Assembly: GCA_018692355.1 (NCBI GenBank)
Contig: JABHKE010000136.1
Span: forward strand, 1-49,738
DNA from: Fidelibacterota bacterium
GTDB taxonomy: Bacteria; Fidelibacterota; Marinisomatia; Marinisomatales; UBA1611
DNA length: 49,738 nt
Direction of reading: 5' to 3'
Part shown: one piece after another, positions 47,574-49,738 of the stretch
Layout: each line of letters opens with the position of its first letter
How positions within the stretch are numbered: the first letter of the stretch is position 1
Program-made: the position numbers and the translations under genes
The notes under the pieces: generated by a model
The model's database searches: none
Told to the model about the DNA's origin: nothing
What the model saw: the letters and a program-made list of their open reading frames with translations, nothing else

Positions 47574-48509
47574 ATGAATACATTTCGAAAATTTTCATAT
47601 TTATCCACAGGGTTGACTTATCTTTTGATTTTTGTAGGCGGTCTGGTCCGTGTTGCCGGTGCTGGTATGGGATGTCCCGATTGGCCCAAATGTTTCGATC
47701 GTTGGATTCCTCCAACCAGTTTGGAACAACTTCCAGATCATATTGATCCTGCCAAATTCAATATCGTTTTGGCATGGATAGAATACAGTAACCGTTTGTT
47801 TGGTGCATTGGTTGGATTGATTATTACGATCACTGCATTTTTGGCTTTCAAATATTATAAACATGTCAATCGGATCAAATGGTCGGTTTTAGCTGCATTT
47901 TTTCTCACATTGGTGGAAGGTTGGCTCGGTTCTATTTTGGTAGATACTGTATTAAATCCGATCAATATCACACTACATTTATTTATGGCATTGGTAATTG
48001 TAATGCTCTTATTGTATGCAGCGCAAGAAGCCTATTATGTAGAAAACCCTGATTCGGAGAAAATGAGCCGCTATCCTTCTAACTTGAAATGGATGTTTGG
48101 ACTTCTGGCAGGTATTTTGCTCCTGGATGTGGTTTTGGGAACCGAAATTCGAGGTGGTTTGGAAATGATCCGAAAAGATAATCCCATGGTAGAAAGTCAA
48201 TTTTTGCTTAATATGTTAGGCCCTTTTAAATACATTCATACCATTCTTGGATTTATCATTACGGGATTTTCCGGAATGCTTTGGTATCGATTGGTGAATA
48301 ATTCTATAAACCCTTCAAAGATCATGACACAAATTTCAACTGCTATTTTAGGATTAGTTTTAACACAAATTATTATGGGGGAATTGTTAGTTTTTCTTAA
48401 TGTTATTCCGACGATCCAACTTTTCCACATGTGGATTGCCTCCTGGATACTGGGGCTGGTCATGGTCCAATACACAGCCTGGAATCAATCTCAATTAACG
48501 CATGAATAA
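47574..48509 (+). CDS. ctaA: Heme A synthase (COX15/CtaA family)
   Basis: GGLVRVAGAGMGCPDWPKC, IEYSNRL, LHLFMA, IHTILG, LFHMW. Confidence 0.92.
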   Translation: MNTFRKFSYLSTGLTYLLIFVGGLVRVAGAGMGCPDWPKCFDRWIPPTSLEQLPDHIDPAKFNIVLAWIEYSNRLFGALVGLIITITAFLAFKYYKHVNRIKWSVLAAFFLTLVEGWLGSILVDTVLNPINITLHLFMALVIVMLLLYAAQEAYYVENPDSEKMSRYPSNLKWMFGLLAGILLLDVVLGTEIRGGLEMIRKDNPMVESQFLLNMLGPFKYIHTILGFIITGFSGMLWYRLVNNSINPSKIMTQISTAILGLVLTQIIMGELLVFLNVIPTIQLFHMWIASWILGLVMVQYTAWNQSQLTHE

Positions 48510-49089
48510 AAATATTTTCCTAATAATAGTCTGTATCATACTTTTAGGCTCAGGTGCATCGTGGGTAATCCAAAAAGCGAATTCATCGTATGAATTAACT
48601 GTCATTAAAAAAGTACCGGCATTTTCATTTATTACACAGGATGGTTTATCATTCACCGAAGAAAGTTTCCATAAAAAAGCCACGGTATTAGATTTTATAT
48701 TCACAAGCTGTGCCGGGCCATGCCCAATAATGACTAATAACATGACGCATCTTTATGAAGATTATGAGAATGTACCAGAAGTTCAGTTTGTTTCTGTAAC
48801 TGTTGATCCAAAAATTGATAATGCGAGTACTTTAAAAGAATATGCAAAAGCAAATGGCGTGAAAGATGATCGCTGGCAATTCCTAACATCCGATATTGAA
48901 TCCATTAAGGATTTGAAGAAAAATGGATTTATGCTATATGCCGGTGAATTACCACGTGGGCACGCCATTAAATTTGTATTGATAGATCAGGATGGACAAA
49001 TTCGAAAATATTATGATGGAACAGATAAAGCCAGTATGGCTGTTCTTCGAAAAGATCTGAATAATATTGTAAATGAAATTCAATCTTAA
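48502..49089 (+). CDS. SCO1/SenC family copper chaperone
   Basis: DFIFTSCAGPCP, VTVDPKID, GHAIKFVLIDQDGQIR. Confidence 0.92.
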   Translation: MNKNIFLIIVCIILLGSGASWVIQKANSSYELTVIKKVPAFSFITQDGLSFTEESFHKKATVLDFIFTSCAGPCPIMTNNMTHLYEDYENVPEVQFVSVTVDPKIDNASTLKEYAKANGVKDDRWQFLTSDIESIKDLKKNGFMLYAGELPRGHAIKFVLIDQDGQIRKYYDGTDKASMAVLRKDLNNIVNEIQS

Positions 49090-49738
49090 ATGAAAAGAGT
49101 CCCACCAAAAGCGAATTCATTGTCTGCAGCTTATTTTGAGCTAACCAAACCCAATATCACTTTTTTGATCCTTATTTCAACAGCATTGGGATATTATCTT
49201 GGTGCTGATGGAATAGATAACTGGTCCAAATTGTTTATAACATTGATTGGCTCCGGGTTGGTCTCTTCTGGTGCCGGTGCATTAAATCATTATGCAGAAC
49301 AGGAATCGGACCAACGAATGAACAGGACAAGTTCCCGCCCTATCCCAACGGGAATGATCTCGCCTAATTACGCCATGATGTTTGGCATTATAATCATACT
49401 TTTGGGTGTAGCTATACTTTTTTTTCTGATCAATAAATTAACAGCGATCCTCGCCATATCAACTGCATTACTTTATTTATTCGTTTATACACCATTGAAA
49501 AAAATAACTTGGCTCAATACATCCATTGGAGCGATTCCTGGTGCTATTCCACCCTTGGGAGGCTGGGTAGCAGCAACTGGAACTTTGGATCCAGAAGCAT
49601 GGATCCTATTTGCCATTATGTTTTTCTGGCAGCATCCTCATTTTTATGCCATCGCTTTTATGTGCAAAGAAGATTATGCAAGAGCCAACTTGAAAATGCT
49701 ACCTGTCCTTGAAACGGATGGAAAGCGAACTAATCGTC
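49090..49738 (+). CDS. ctaB: Heme O synthase (protoheme IX farnesyltransferase), 3' end outside the window
   Basis: Not in the ORF track. From ATG 49090: ...YFELTKPNIT...ALNHYAEQESDQRMNRTSSRPIPTG...YTPLKK...GAIPPLGGW...WQHPHFYAIA. Confidence 0.95.
   Translation, partial: MKRVPPKANSLSAAYFELTKPNITFLILISTALGYYLGADGIDNWSKLFITLIGSGLVSSGAGALNHYAEQESDQRMNRTSSRPIPTGMISPNYAMMFGIIIILLGVAILFFLINKLTAILAISTALLYLFVYTPLKKITWLNTSIGAIPGAIPPLGGWVAATGTLDPEAWILFAIMFFWQHPHFYAIAFMCKEDYARANLKMLPVLETDGKRTNR

Noticed and set aside
47601-47609. Perfect DnaA box TTATCCACA
   Set aside because: Single copy inside the ctaA coding sequence.
49509-49712. 67-aa plus-strand ORF, and the many other 60-140 aa ORFs nested in or antisense to long genes
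   Set aside because: Out-of-frame or antisense shadows of well-supported genes (here ctaB), with no recognisable motifs.

Overview
AT-rich bacterial chromosomal segment. Gene style suggests an FCB-related marine lineage such as Ca. Marinimicrobia; this is an inference from the FlgD/T9SS-like C-terminal domain, the Cys-free SecA tail and the gene order. The left part is mostly housekeeping: partial tdh, parA-parB-M23 peptidase-bactofilin, a complete F1Fo ATP synthase operon, aspS, nhaC, phoH, thiolase/acyl-CoA dehydrogenase/ilvE-nusB-secA-trans-sulfuration enzyme, and tRNA-Leu(TAG). It also holds an APC permease/AhpD-like/cupin operon in which the AhpD-like gene reads through an in-frame TGA (CxxU motif plus SECIS-like hairpin), and a ~1100-aa secreted protein with five cohesin-like modules. 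The right ~17.5 kb is an unusual respiratory supercluster. It encodes an A1-type heme-copper oxidase lacking the K-channel lysine, with subunit II last in the operon, and a b6-type Rieske/cytochrome b complex (split b6 + subunit IV, heme ci Cys, APWY Qo motif, octaheme c subunit). It also encodes a Lys-rich cupredoxin, two SCO proteins, heme A/O synthases, several unannotated small membrane ORFs and an SRPBCC protein with a triple repeat. The octaheme cytochrome and oxidase subunit II end in the identical decapeptide EDDWGDDEDW. No mobile elements or CRISPR arrays were seen.
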